From the NCBI GenBank assembly GCA_963716175.1, contig OY970296.1, positions 768,001 to 832,000 on the forward strand: a DNA stretch of 64,000 bases, given 5' to 3'. Of the stretch, positions 21,661-31,202 are shown one piece after another. A program made the translations under genes and the position numbers. Source of the DNA: an uncultured Armatimonadetes bacterium. GTDB taxonomy: Bacteria; Armatimonadota; Hebobacteria; Hebobacterales; Hebobacteraceae. How positions within the stretch are numbered: position 1 is the stretch's first letter; every line of letters starts with the position of its first letter. Below the pieces are notes generated by a model. It searched no databases. It was not told the origin of the DNA and was given only the letters and a program-made list of their open reading frames with translations.

Positions 21661-21711
21661 GCGGGACTGAAAATCCCGGCGTCCCCAGTTCGACTCTGGG
21701 ACCCGGCACCA
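21636..21711 (+). tRNA. tRNA-Phe (GAA)
   Basis: GCCGGGT/ACCCGGC acceptor stem, CTGAAAA anticodon loop, TTCGA T-loop, encoded CCA. Confidence 0.97.
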
Positions 21712-22207
21712 GCCGTCGCCCTTCTCGCGCTTCGGCTGCCACGGGCAACTGACAGCCACCGAGCACGCAACTGCCGCTCCTCCTCTGCCCCGCGAGACCT
21801 GGGTCTGTACCCGAGGTCGCAGGTTCGAACCGGGGGCGGGATTTGTACCCGATTCGTACTCTGAAAGGCTGCCCCTCGTGGCAGCGCGCTGGGTCTACGC
21901 CTCGGTAAAGCAGGGCGCAAGGGAAATGCGGCGGATAGGCCTCGCGGTGTAGGCCTGAGCCCCCTCGGCCCGCTCTCAGTCCGTATGATCTTACCCGTGC
22001 CGAAGACCGGGAAGCCTTATGCGCGCAGTCTGCATGTCAAGGCCAATTCTCTGATCTCTCCCGAAACTTACCAACCCGACCAATCTGACCAGAGAGACGG
22101 CTGTACCCCCTCGTCAGGCCTCTCCTTGCTGGCGGGAACTGCTGGAGGGAGAACGGTATGCCGCCATCTGCGAACTGGTGCGTGACGCCCGGGTAGACAA
22201 CTCCTAG

Positions 22208-22378
22208 GTCGCACGCCTGGTGCGGCTCACGTTCCTGCCACCCGACCTCATCGAGTCGATCCTGGACGGCACAGAACCCGACGGGCTGTCGCTTGAGAAG
22301 CTGTACCGGGTGCCGGTTGGGTGGGAGGAGCAGAGGAGGGCCTTCCAGAAGCCAGACGTCTATGGACTGGATTCGTAG
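22208..22378 (+). pseudogene. C-terminal remnant of a recombinase-associated protein (DUF2924/resolvase-type module)
   Basis: Translates to VARLVRLTFLPPDLIESILDGTEPDGLSLEKL..VPVGWEEQR; an in-frame stop lies just upstream. Confidence 0.6.
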
Positions 22379-22856
22379 GTTGTTCGGATACGTACCAGCG
22401 GAAGACCTTGCGGGGATTCATTTGCCTCCAGGGCCGCACTGGGAGGTGGACGCGCCACAGGAGTTCAGCGCGTTCCTGCGCGCTGTCACTCAACTTGCGC
22501 CGCCCGGTTCCGTCATTTACTTCGAGGGCGGAGACCCTTCGGAAAGGGTGCGGTCCTATCTGGATACACATAGCCCTGAGACCACGGCAGCGGTGCGGAA
22601 GGGTACGCTCTGGCCGCGACCCGAGTGCTTCCATGTGAAGGCAACCCCGGAGATACTGGAGGGTCTGGCTTCGTTGGCCGAAGAGCACAGGATTTGGGAG
22701 TTCGGGTGGCACGTGCATCTTTACAGGTACGAGACGATGCTCATCGAGTGGTACGATGTGCCGGACGACCCGCTCTGGATTGCAGGGGACGTGCCAGAGG
22801 AGGCGGTTGCCCGGTTCAGTGCAAAGCTGGGGACACAGTACCGTAGAGCAGCTTGA
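22362..22856 (+). CDS. Hypothetical protein
   Basis: MDWIRRLFG...; globular protein-like composition, 164 aa. Confidence 0.65.
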   Translation: MDWIRRLFGYVPAEDLAGIHLPPGPHWEVDAPQEFSAFLRAVTQLAPPGSVIYFEGGDPSERVRSYLDTHSPETTAAVRKGTLWPRPECFHVKATPEILEGLASLAEEHRIWEFGWHVHLYRYETMLIEWYDVPDDPLWIAGDVPEEAVARFSAKLGTQYRRAA

Positions 22857-23207
22857 CCGTGGGATAGGGGATTGCCGTCTTTATTCTCGGAACCCACTCT
22901 CGGGGTCGTTCTGCATGCCTGTTCTACCCACCCGAGGAACAGTGCGGGCAGTTGTGGGCATGTCCCCCTCGCCGGTGCCGCCTACGCAGCCCACATCTCC
23001 CCACAACCAGTCTCTCATCGTGCCACCTCGTGTTCGGTATCCCCGCCGCCCCGCCCGCCGGACTCCACCGGGCGTTCGCGACCCACACTTCCTACTCCGC
23101 TCTGCCCTATCCCCGAACTCCGAACCCACCCCCAGAAAAGAAAGCAACTTCCTCACTCTCTCTGTCTCGGGCGGATTCTCACAAGTCTCGATGGACGGCG
23201 GCGGTCC

Positions 23208-26200
23208 TCACCCCGTCTCCCCTTGAGTCCCCGCGGCCGTCATCTCTGCCGTCTCCGTGTCCGCCGCCGCCCTACGAGTCCGTCGCCACGCCACAATCGC
23301 ACCCCACACTGCCACGATCACCAGAGATCCACTTGCCACGAGCAGCGCTATAGCGCTCACTCGATGCGCGGGAAACGCCCAGAACTCCGCCCCCTCCCCG
23401 AAGCCCACAAGCAGGAGTGCTGTCGCCGCCAGTGTCAGCGGGTTATAGCGAAGCGCCAACGCGTATAGCGCCCACACTGCCCCAACGGCCAACATGGCAC
23501 CCGTTCCATCGGTCACCATCGCTCGCCAGCCCGTTGCCTCGGCCAACGTGGGTATCAGCGTCAGCGCCGCCAGGCAGATGAGCGCCCGCCGCTTGCTGCC
23601 GAAGGTCGCCTTGCTGAAGGCCACCATCGCCGTCCACGCCAGCACCGCTACCAACGCCGCGGCCACTCCGGCTAACGCGGCGACCACCCCCGGCAGGTAG
23701 CCGGAGAGGCTTAGTGGCGGGTCCTTCACGGCCACCGCCGATAGCTTCACCATCCAACTCGGGACCGTCACATCCCCGCTCCCCAACCAGCGCACGGGCG
23801 GCAGGCCCATCTCCAGCCCCTCTGTAACCGCCGCCACCACCAGCACTACCCCCGCTACGATCACCTGTGCCAAGATCGCCTCTCGCCACTCCGCCCAATG
23901 CTGCCTAGGCCCGCATACCGCCTCCCACCAGTGCCGCGGCCCTGGAATCGCCCCCAGGTGCGCTCGCCACAGCGCCACGCTCGGCGGTAGGGCCGCGAAC
24001 AGCGCCGCCCCCGCTAGGAGGAGCAGTACCACCACTCCCATTGCCTCCGTCGCGAGGAAAGCCATGGGCGCCGTGGTAGAGGACAGATCCGTCAACGAGG
24101 TCCGGTACTGCAGCGCCGCTACCACCCCCACAAGTGCCGCCAGCCCTGTTACAGCTCTCCCTGCCCACCTCCACTCCATTCGGTACCGTCGCACCGCACG
24201 GAAGTAGATCACGACTCCCCAGATCACGATTGCAGTCCACCCTACTCCGCCCGCCGCGGCAAGGACGGTTCGCCACGGCCTCTCCTTCGCCCGGTCGAAC
24301 TCGAACGAGTCGGGTGGCGTTATGGAATGCTCCAGCCACTGCGCTAGCCCGTCATCGACGGTCACGGCCGTGATGAACTGCGCCTCTCTTACGTGCAGTC
24401 CCTTGGGCGCATAGCGGAAAGTGTAGCTTCTCCGCTTCGGGTAGTCGTGTTGCTCCTGCCCCGTGAGTTCGTAGTGTTCTGCCCTGATCCCGGACGCGAG
24501 TAAGGCATGTCTTGCAAGACGCTCGGCCTCCTCCTGGGAAGTTGCCCGTCCCGGAGCCTCCTCAGGCAGGACGTGACCGACGTCCCAGATTCCCCCTTCG
24601 GGCCGCACCAGCACATCCCACGACTCCCGCGCCAGCGGCCTCTGCCACCGCACCCGCCACAGCCACGACGGGGGGTTCGTGCGGAGCAGCAGCCCTTCCA
24701 CATCGCCGGGCCGCAGGTACTGACTCAGATATGCCAGCGCCTCCGCGTCGGCCCCTTGTTCCTCCACCCGCGCTCCCATCACCGATCCTTTGACTTCTGC
24801 TCCCTTCATTGGCAGTGCCGCCGTCGCCCGCCGCACTGCCTCCGTTCGAGCCACGTACCGCGCGTAGACCGCGCTCTGCCCTGCTTCCGCCCACCGGAAG
24901 TGCGCGTCCTGGTGCTTCACCCCTTCCAGCACTCCGAGAGCTCCGCCGCCGATCACCGCCAGCGCCCCCCCTATCACCCATGCCCGCCGGGGAATCGGTG
25001 TCCGCTCAGGCTCCTCATTCCTCCTCGACGCGACCCCCTCTGCGGCCGGCTCCACCTTTTCTCGGCACCCTGGGTTCAGGGGCGCTGGCTCCCGCCCAAG
25101 CCCTCGCCGCGCCCACCATCCGGCCAATCCAAGTGGCGCCAGGATCAGTACCAGCACCACCAGGAAGCTCAACCGCGGTGCCCATATCACGCTCGTCAGG
25201 AACCCCGAACCCGCCAATACCGCGTTGTAGCTCGCGTGCGCCACCAGCGAGGGTAACACCCCATAGCGCACCAGCATCCACCCGAATACCAAGCCCCAAA
25301 TGCTTAGCTCGATCCCGCGGATGTAGAATGGCTTGTTCGGGTAGTTAGCATGCGCGAATCCCCACACCAGCGCTGGAATCAGAATCGCCAGCCAGTCGCG
25401 CTTCAGCCAGCGGCGCAGCCACGAGATCGCCACTACTCGGAATAGGAACTCCTCTGACAGCGACGCCTGTACTCCTACCAACAGCGCGTAGGCCCACGGT
25501 GCCGAAGTGCTGAACAGGTCCTCGTACCTGACCTGCGCTGGCGACCAGGCCCCGATCAGGCGCGAGGCCAGCGCGTAGAACACCGCTACGTAGGCGAGCT
25601 GCAGTGCCGCCAGAACATACCCAGCGAGTAAACGCTTTCTCCCACGGGGGCTGGCCAGCCCCTCCCGTGAGAACCAGTGCCACAACGTGACCTGGCCTGG
25701 GAATCCCCGCCGGTACCACCACTCCGCCCCTACGACCAGCAGCCACATCCCCAAGAATGCCCCCACTGCTCCCGAGAGGATCGCCGTCACCGTCCGAATG
25801 AGGAAGGTTGCGTCCGTATCCGTCGTCCCCTGCATCGCGCGCTGCAGGGGAAGCAGGTTCGCGGCGTTCAGCACCAGGATCGCCGCCAGGACGCCGGCCG
25901 GCCAGAGCCCGCGTCGCCACTGCAACTCTCGCCGTGCCGCCCCTATCACTAACCCCACCAGCGCCACCACCAGGAACCCCGCCGACAGCACGGCCGCGAT
26001 CTTCGCCAGCAGTTCGCCCTTCTCGTTCTCCCGGTCGTAGCGCTGCCAGAAAGCCTCAGGCACGTCCACCCAGCGGCTGTAGGACACCACCCGGTCCCCG
26101 GTCACCGTCACCGCCACCCGCTGTGTCGCCTCTCCCAACCGGAACCCCCGCCGCTCCCAGACATACTGGTAGTCGCGGCGCCTTGGCTGCGGTACCTCCG

Positions 26201-26702
26201 ATTTCTGCTTCAGATCGTAGCCTGCGAGGTCGATTTGCGCAGTCCGCTCTGCGAATGCCCGCGCTAATGCCTCTGGGCGCGTGGATCTCGGCGCCGGTGC
26301 ATCGTTCGGAAGTCGTTGCGAGTAGCCGATGATCCTGCCGTCCGGGTCCACCGACACCCGGTACTGAGTCTGCTCCCCTGGCTTGAACCACCGCACCCGC
26401 CAGGCGTAGACGAAGCCGTCGTGCTGCAGTACCTGGTTCGCCCGCGCCAGGCCCAGGGTCTGTTCCAGGTAGGCCTTCTCGTAGTCGCTGGTGATGAACC
26501 TGCTGCTCCGCCGGTACCCCCGCGGAAGCCGAATCCCCTCCTGCCGCAGAAACCCCTCTGCACGCGCCTCCGCGCCGCCCTGGAACACTCGCATCCGCAG
26601 GGCCGCCATCGGGACCACGTAGGGATACAGCCACACGAATACGGTCACCCCTGCGACCGCTACCGCCGCCATCACAGCCACCGACCACCGACGCGCCTGC
26701 AT
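23208..26702 (-). CDS. Large CPBP (CAAX/Abi) intramembrane metalloprotease with a duplicated extracytoplasmic domain
   Basis: SEEFLFR, WGFAH and AHASYN motifs; two similar W.VRW..P...V.V.P.G....LP..AP domains; many TM helices. Confidence 0.88.
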   Translation of the reverse strand: MQARRWSVAVMAAVAVAGVTVFVWLYPYVVPMAALRMRVFQGGAEARAEGFLRQEGIRLPRGYRRSSRFITSDYEKAYLEQTLGLARANQVLQHDGFVYAWRVRWFKPGEQTQYRVSVDPDGRIIGYSQRLPNDAPAPRSTRPEALARAFAERTAQIDLAGYDLKQKSEVPQPRRRDYQYVWERRGFRLGEATQRVAVTVTGDRVVSYSRWVDVPEAFWQRYDRENEKGELLAKIAAVLSAGFLVVALVGLVIGAARRELQWRRGLWPAGVLAAILVLNAANLLPLQRAMQGTTDTDATFLIRTVTAILSGAVGAFLGMWLLVVGAEWWYRRGFPGQVTLWHWFSREGLASPRGRKRLLAGYVLAALQLAYVAVFYALASRLIGAWSPAQVRYEDLFSTSAPWAYALLVGVQASLSEEFLFRVVAISWLRRWLKRDWLAILIPALVWGFAHANYPNKPFYIRGIELSIWGLVFGWMLVRYGVLPSLVAHASYNAVLAGSGFLTSVIWAPRLSFLVVLVLILAPLGLAGWWARRGLGREPAPLNPGCREKVEPAAEGVASRRNEEPERTPIPRRAWVIGGALAVIGGGALGVLEGVKHQDAHFRWAEAGQSAVYARYVARTEAVRRATAALPMKGAEVKGSVMGARVEEQGADAEALAYLSQYLRPGDVEGLLLRTNPPSWLWRVRWQRPLARESWDVLVRPEGGIWDVGHVLPEEAPGRATSQEEAERLARHALLASGIRAEHYELTGQEQHDYPKRRSYTFRYAPKGLHVREAQFITAVTVDDGLAQWLEHSITPPDSFEFDRAKERPWRTVLAAAGGVGWTAIVIWGVVIYFRAVRRYRMEWRWAGRAVTGLAALVGVVAALQYRTSLTDLSSTTAPMAFLATEAMGVVVLLLLAGAALFAALPPSVALWRAHLGAIPGPRHWWEAVCGPRQHWAEWREAILAQVIVAGVVLVVAAVTEGLEMGLPPVRWLGSGDVTVPSWMVKLSAVAVKDPPLSLSGYLPGVVAALAGVAAALVAVLAWTAMVAFSKATFGSKRRALICLAALTLIPTLAEATGWRAMVTDGTGAMLAVGAVWALYALALRYNPLTLAATALLLVGFGEGAEFWAFPAHRVSAIALLVASGSLVIVAVWGAIVAWRRTRRAAADTETAEMTAAGTQGETG

Positions 26703-26864
26703 CACGCCGCCCTCCAGCACGCGCGGTTCCGCCCAACCTTCGCCGCCACATAGCACCTGATGGCTTCCGCGCTCGGCTGCTACACGTGTGTCCGGGCCCA
26801 TAACACCGGTTCTGGGTTCACCTCAGCGTGGGCAAGACGACCTGGCGGATAGCCACCCCTTATC

Positions 26865-27920
26865 TCACACTCCATACCGCTCCCCGAGATACTCCGCCAG
26901 CGACGGCAGTGCCCCGCTCCCGCGCAGTGCGCCCGCCAGTTCCTCCGCCGCACAGGCGCGGATATGATCGGGATCGGCCAGCAAGCCCTGCCAGGCCCGA
27001 ATCACGTCCCCGTCACGCGACTGCCGCAGCGAGGTGTTCCCGCGGAAGTGAACCACCGCCACATCAACCCGCTCCACCCCCCTTTGCTGCGAGAGAAAGG
27101 CGGCCAGCAGATGCAGTCGCAGGAGTTGGTAGAAGGCTCCACGGAAGGGACAGACCCGGCCCTGGTAAGTGGCCAGAGTGATGCCCGCGTCCGTAAGGTG
27201 TTCCCAGTAGTGCCGTTGCACGCGGTCCGAGCCCCCGCTCTCCAGATAGCAGTTCCGCTCTGTCGGAGTGGTGCCGCCCGGCCACTGATGGCAGTCCCGC
27301 TTGTCGACGTTGCCGCGTGAGGCGAACCCCCCGCAGGTGCCGAACTGGCGCTCCGTGTACTTCCACTCCACCAGCGTCAGACGGCGGCCGTGTGTGTCTC
27401 TCCACCAGAATGCGGCATCCGCGCTGGTGCGGTTCGCGCCACGCCTGCCGCCCGGCGGCTCCCCGAGCCACTGCGTCGCGGCCTCGGGCCCGGTATACTC
27501 GAACTCGATGCTCGTGACCTGGGACACGCCCGAGAGTAGCGGGGCCAGCGCCTGTGCCGCTTGGTCCAGGTTCGCCTTGAGCGGGAAGAGGAAGTTCAGG
27601 CAGCAGATCTGAGAACTCCGCAGATTCGCCGCCTCGCGGTGCAGGGCGATATCGCAGGCCCGGAAGTAGGTCTGCACCGGCTCCCGGATCTCAGGCCACA
27701 GCGTCTCATAAGCATGGTCATGGGGCAGTACGTACGGATAGCGGTGGACCGTGTCCCGCGGCCCGGCCCGCTCGCCATCCGGCACGTTGGGCCAGTGCCT
27801 CCGCTTGAACTGCGCCTGACGGGCCGTCTCCGCCCGCTCGAAGGCGTTCAAGCGGGAGAACCACGTCTCGTCGCCAAGGTCCGGAGAGTCAGACGGCAGC
27901 CGGTGATGGATGACGCTCAT
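26865..27920 (-). CDS. PD-(D/E)XK nuclease, PGN_0703-like putative restriction endonuclease
   Basis: NLRSSQICCLNF, FEY, RTSADA, LVEWKYTE, YQLLR; ATGA overlap with the upstream gene. Confidence 0.75.
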   Translation of the reverse strand: MSVIHHRLPSDSPDLGDETWFSRLNAFERAETARQAQFKRRHWPNVPDGERAGPRDTVHRYPYVLPHDHAYETLWPEIREPVQTYFRACDIALHREAANLRSSQICCLNFLFPLKANLDQAAQALAPLLSGVSQVTSIEFEYTGPEAATQWLGEPPGGRRGANRTSADAAFWWRDTHGRRLTLVEWKYTERQFGTCGGFASRGNVDKRDCHQWPGGTTPTERNCYLESGGSDRVQRHYWEHLTDAGITLATYQGRVCPFRGAFYQLLRLHLLAAFLSQQRGVERVDVAVVHFRGNTSLRQSRDGDVIRAWQGLLADPDHIRACAAEELAGALRGSGALPSLAEYLGERYGV

Positions 27921-28720
27921 CGGATGTCCTCCGCAAGTGCAGCCTTGCCAAACGCCTCTGCCAGCAGTGCCCTGCTCTCCGGGCACCCGGAGGAGAACAG
28001 GTCGCGCACCTCGGGGTTCACGCCGCTGCCTCTGAGCTCGGCCTTAGATGATGGCTTCTGCCATCGCTCCCACTGTCCGCGCAGCCACAGATACCGGTCG
28101 AGTTCACGGTAACTGCAAGAGAGCCCGGCCGCGACACGGAGCCGGTCAATGGCGGCGAGGTACTCGGGGTAGTCGCTTGGCTTGTTGGCGTAAGTGTGCG
28201 CGTGCGGGCCGAGATGCAGCCTGATTGCTGCAGCCGCGAAGTCGTCGAGGATGGCGAAGCGGCACTGGCTCACAAAGAAGTGGCAGTACTTGCTCGCGAA
28301 GCTGAGGAACCGACGACTCTTCTTGTGCTCCCCGAGGTCGTGGAGCCATGCGATCTTCTCGACCACATCGACCCCCGGCTGGTCGCCAACCTCCGCTAGG
28401 ACTTCGGCCACGTGCTTGGCCATGGCCTGAATCGCCAAGACACTCGTAGCGTAGAGCGAGTTGAGCACGATAGCCTTCGGGAGCACGTGCGCGACACACG
28501 TGTTCGACGGGAAGTGCCGGGCCAGCGCGGCCAGCACCTCTTCAGCGCGCTGCCAACCTCGAAGGTGGAGTCGGTGCAACTCGTTGGCGGCATGAACGTG
28601 CCGTTGGCTCAGCGGCACCTCGAGGACGGCTCGTTGTTCCGTCTCTCCTCCGTGTACGCTCACCCTTGCTCTTTCGGCACCGCCCCAAGTCGGCGCTTCC
28701 CGGCTATCCTCTCGCCGCAA
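27917..28720 (-). CDS. Hypothetical protein, helix-hairpin-helix DNA-glycosylase-like
   Basis: LNSLYAT, SFASKYCHF, AILDD, YRELDRYLW pattern; true start may be GTG 28663. Confidence 0.6.
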   Translation of the reverse strand: MRREDSREAPTWGGAERARVSVHGGETEQRAVLEVPLSQRHVHAANELHRLHLRGWQRAEEVLAALARHFPSNTCVAHVLPKAIVLNSLYATSVLAIQAMAKHVAEVLAEVGDQPGVDVVEKIAWLHDLGEHKKSRRFLSFASKYCHFFVSQCRFAILDDFAAAAIRLHLGPHAHTYANKPSDYPEYLAAIDRLRVAAGLSCSYRELDRYLWLRGQWERWQKPSSKAELRGSGVNPEVRDLFSSGCPESRALLAEAFGKAALAEDIR

Positions 28721-28754
28721 GCGTGGTTTGCGCGTCGACCACGCGGAACTCGGC

Positions 28755-30575
28755 TTAACCCGCGCTGATCCCCGCTCGCTGCAGCAGTGCAGTCTCCGTC
28801 AGAGGCGCCTGTCGTCTCTCCTCGATGTCTGCGAGCAACGGTCTGGTGTAGCGGATGGCTGCTTGCGCCACATGCATGGGGGAGACCTCTTCTGAATCCT
28901 CGAGGTCGGCGATGGTGCGGGCTACGCTCAGCGCCTGCACGCGGGTTCGCATGCTGACCGGGTACGGCAGCACGGCATGCAGGCACTCGGCAAGTCGCTC
29001 AGCCCCGTCGGAGAGGCCGAATAGGGCCTTGATCTCATCAGGCGTCTCAACCTCGCTGTTGAGCGCGCGACGCGTGCCGCCGAACCGCTCTGCTTGATGC
29101 TTCCGCGCTTTGACTACGCGGCTCCGAATATCCTGACTTCTCTCGCCGTCTCCGCGCAGGGCCAGAGCAGTGGTTGAGGAGTAGACTCTTACCTTCAGGT
29201 GTATCCTGTCCTCCAACGGACCGGAGAGCAGTTGCTCGAAGCGCCGTCGGACGCCCGGCCCGCAGATGCAGCGGTGACGCAGCTTGCTCGACCCGCACTC
29301 ACAGACGACCGCGTCCTGTGGGACGATCCGTCTGCAGCGCACGCACTGGTACTCGCCGAAGTAGCTACACCGACAGGGGTTCATCGCCGCGACCAGTATC
29401 AGGGCAGCCGGGAAGGTCACCGCGCCCGCGAGTCTGGTGACGATGGCCTTGCGATCCTGGAGTGGACCTCTGAGCTTCTCCAGTAACGGCCTCGGGAAGT
29501 CAGGGAACTCGTCCATGAGTAACACACCTCGGTGTGCGAGCGACACCTCTCCCGGCTCCGGGTCGCCTCTTCCGCCACCGAGCAGGGCCGCATGCGTCGT
29601 TCCGGGAGCAACCACGCGGAACGGCCTGGCCAGCACAAGCTCACCGTCCGACAGCAGGCCCTTTGCGCTCCAGATCCGGTTGACCTCCTGGATCTCCGTC
29701 ATGGCCAGCCGGGGATCGAGCGGAGGCAGTATCCCTGCCAGAGCCCGGGCAAGCAGAGTCTTGCCTTCCCCCTTGGGCCCGTACAGCAGGCAGTGGTGCC
29801 CGCCTGCGGCCGCGATCTCGAGGGCCCTCTTCGCCTCGCCCTGGCCGACTATCTGGCACATGTCGGGCGCGCCCTGCACAGCGTTCTTGAAGTCAGGGAG
29901 AGCCCTCCGACGCACAGGGCTCAAGCCCTTCTCTCCGGCTATCACCCCGACCGCCTCCCGCAGCGTGGACACGCAGTAGATCTCAACATCCTCGCGGCCG
30001 CACGTCCTAGCCCAGAACTGGGCCTCCCGGAGGTTCTGCTCCGGCACGATCACAACATCGCCTGGTCGCGCGCTGTCCAGTAGGCTCAGCGCTCCGGGCA
30101 CCCCTCGCACCTCCCCCTCGATGTTGATCTCACCGAATGCGAAGTAGTCGCGGTTGGCGGAGGCCTCGAGTCTTTCCGCCCACTCGATGAGCTCGTCCAC
30201 CAGACCATAGTCATCGGGGATTCCCCCGGCAGCCTCGGCGGCATCCCCTCGCTTGGCCGCCCCCTGGTGTACATGCTCCCTGGTGGCTGAGGCAATCTCG
30301 GGCATTCGCAGGAAGATGGCGAGGGCCACCGGCAGATGTAGGGCCGAGTGTCTCTTTGGAAGGTCGACAGGCTCGAACTGCACGCTGATCCGCCCATTGG
30401 GCACCGGGAGCGCGCAGCTACCAAAGGCATGGGGCAGGATGGCCCGCACCTCCCGGAGAACCGGGCCAACGTTCCCGATCAGGGAAAGCCCCTTACCACC
30501 CGCCGCATCAACCTTGCAGTTGAGTCTCACACGCTGACTGCGCCAACCCAGCAGTACTGCACCGAAGCATGGCAT
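28755..30575 (-). CDS. ComM/YifB-family (Mg-chelatase-related) AAA+ ATPase/helicase, divergent
   Basis: GQGEAKRALEIAAAGGHH, GPKGEGKT, PGEVSLAHRGVLLMDEF, AAMNPC, SGPLEDR, VARTIADL; GGAGGA RBS. Confidence 0.9.
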   Translation of the reverse strand: MPCFGAVLLGWRSQRVRLNCKVDAAGGKGLSLIGNVGPVLREVRAILPHAFGSCALPVPNGRISVQFEPVDLPKRHSALHLPVALAIFLRMPEIASATREHVHQGAAKRGDAAEAAGGIPDDYGLVDELIEWAERLEASANRDYFAFGEINIEGEVRGVPGALSLLDSARPGDVVIVPEQNLREAQFWARTCGREDVEIYCVSTLREAVGVIAGEKGLSPVRRRALPDFKNAVQGAPDMCQIVGQGEAKRALEIAAAGGHHCLLYGPKGEGKTLLARALAGILPPLDPRLAMTEIQEVNRIWSAKGLLSDGELVLARPFRVVAPGTTHAALLGGGRGDPEPGEVSLAHRGVLLMDEFPDFPRPLLEKLRGPLQDRKAIVTRLAGAVTFPAALILVAAMNPCRCSYFGEYQCVRCRRIVPQDAVVCECGSSKLRHRCICGPGVRRRFEQLLSGPLEDRIHLKVRVYSSTTALALRGDGERSQDIRSRVVKARKHQAERFGGTRRALNSEVETPDEIKALFGLSDGAERLAECLHAVLPYPVSMRTRVQALSVARTIADLEDSEEVSPMHVAQAAIRYTRPLLADIEERRQAPLTETALLQRAGISAG

Positions 30576-30576
30576 G

Positions 30577-31176
30577 TCAGTCCTCCCGCATATGAGGGTG
30601 CTCCTGGGCGTGACAGGACTTACAGAGGAAGACCAGGTTGCCCTCTTCGCTTCCACCACCCCGGGAGACCGGGTGGGCGTGGTGCACATGCCCGTCGGGA
30701 GCGTAGCTGCCGCAGTTCTCGCAGACGAAGCCTATCCGCCGCCTGTACTGCAGTGAGATGAGGTGCCAGTCCTCGGGGTAGCCATCATCACGCGCGAGGA
30801 GCAGGCTGGCATCGGCTACCGTCGGCAGCGCGCGGATCTTCGACTGAACCTCACCAAGCTTCTGTGCATACCTACCGGCCCGCGTGAGCTCGCTTCGTGC
30901 TGCGGCGACCTCATCGGGTCTTGCCCGCCTCCGTCTTGTGGCCGGCGGCAGCCTCCAGCCCAGGCGTGCCAGCAACCACCGACCGCACCTGCGCCAGAAC
31001 GGCAGGGCTTCCTCACGACACGGCTCCCTGATGAGGCCGGTCTCCAGCGTTTCTTGGAGCGCCTGCAAGCGAGTGTGCAGCCAGGCCAACGTCTCCCCCA
31101 ACTGGTCGAGCCGTTCTCGAATGCTGACCCCCTTACTCGGCTGCACAGGATACTCGGATTCCGACTGCATAGGCAT
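30577..31176 (-). CDS. HNH endonuclease with coiled-coil N-terminus
   Basis: CENC...HVHH..PVSRGG....NLVFLCKSCH..EH; stop lies 1 nt before the ComM-like start. Confidence 0.85.
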   Translation of the reverse strand: MPMQSESEYPVQPSKGVSIRERLDQLGETLAWLHTRLQALQETLETGLIREPCREEALPFWRRCGRWLLARLGWRLPPATRRRRARPDEVAAARSELTRAGRYAQKLGEVQSKIRALPTVADASLLLARDDGYPEDWHLISLQYRRRIGFVCENCGSYAPDGHVHHAHPVSRGGGSEEGNLVFLCKSCHAQEHPHMRED

Positions 31177-31202
31177 CGCCCGTCAACTCTCGAACGCGGA
31201 GG

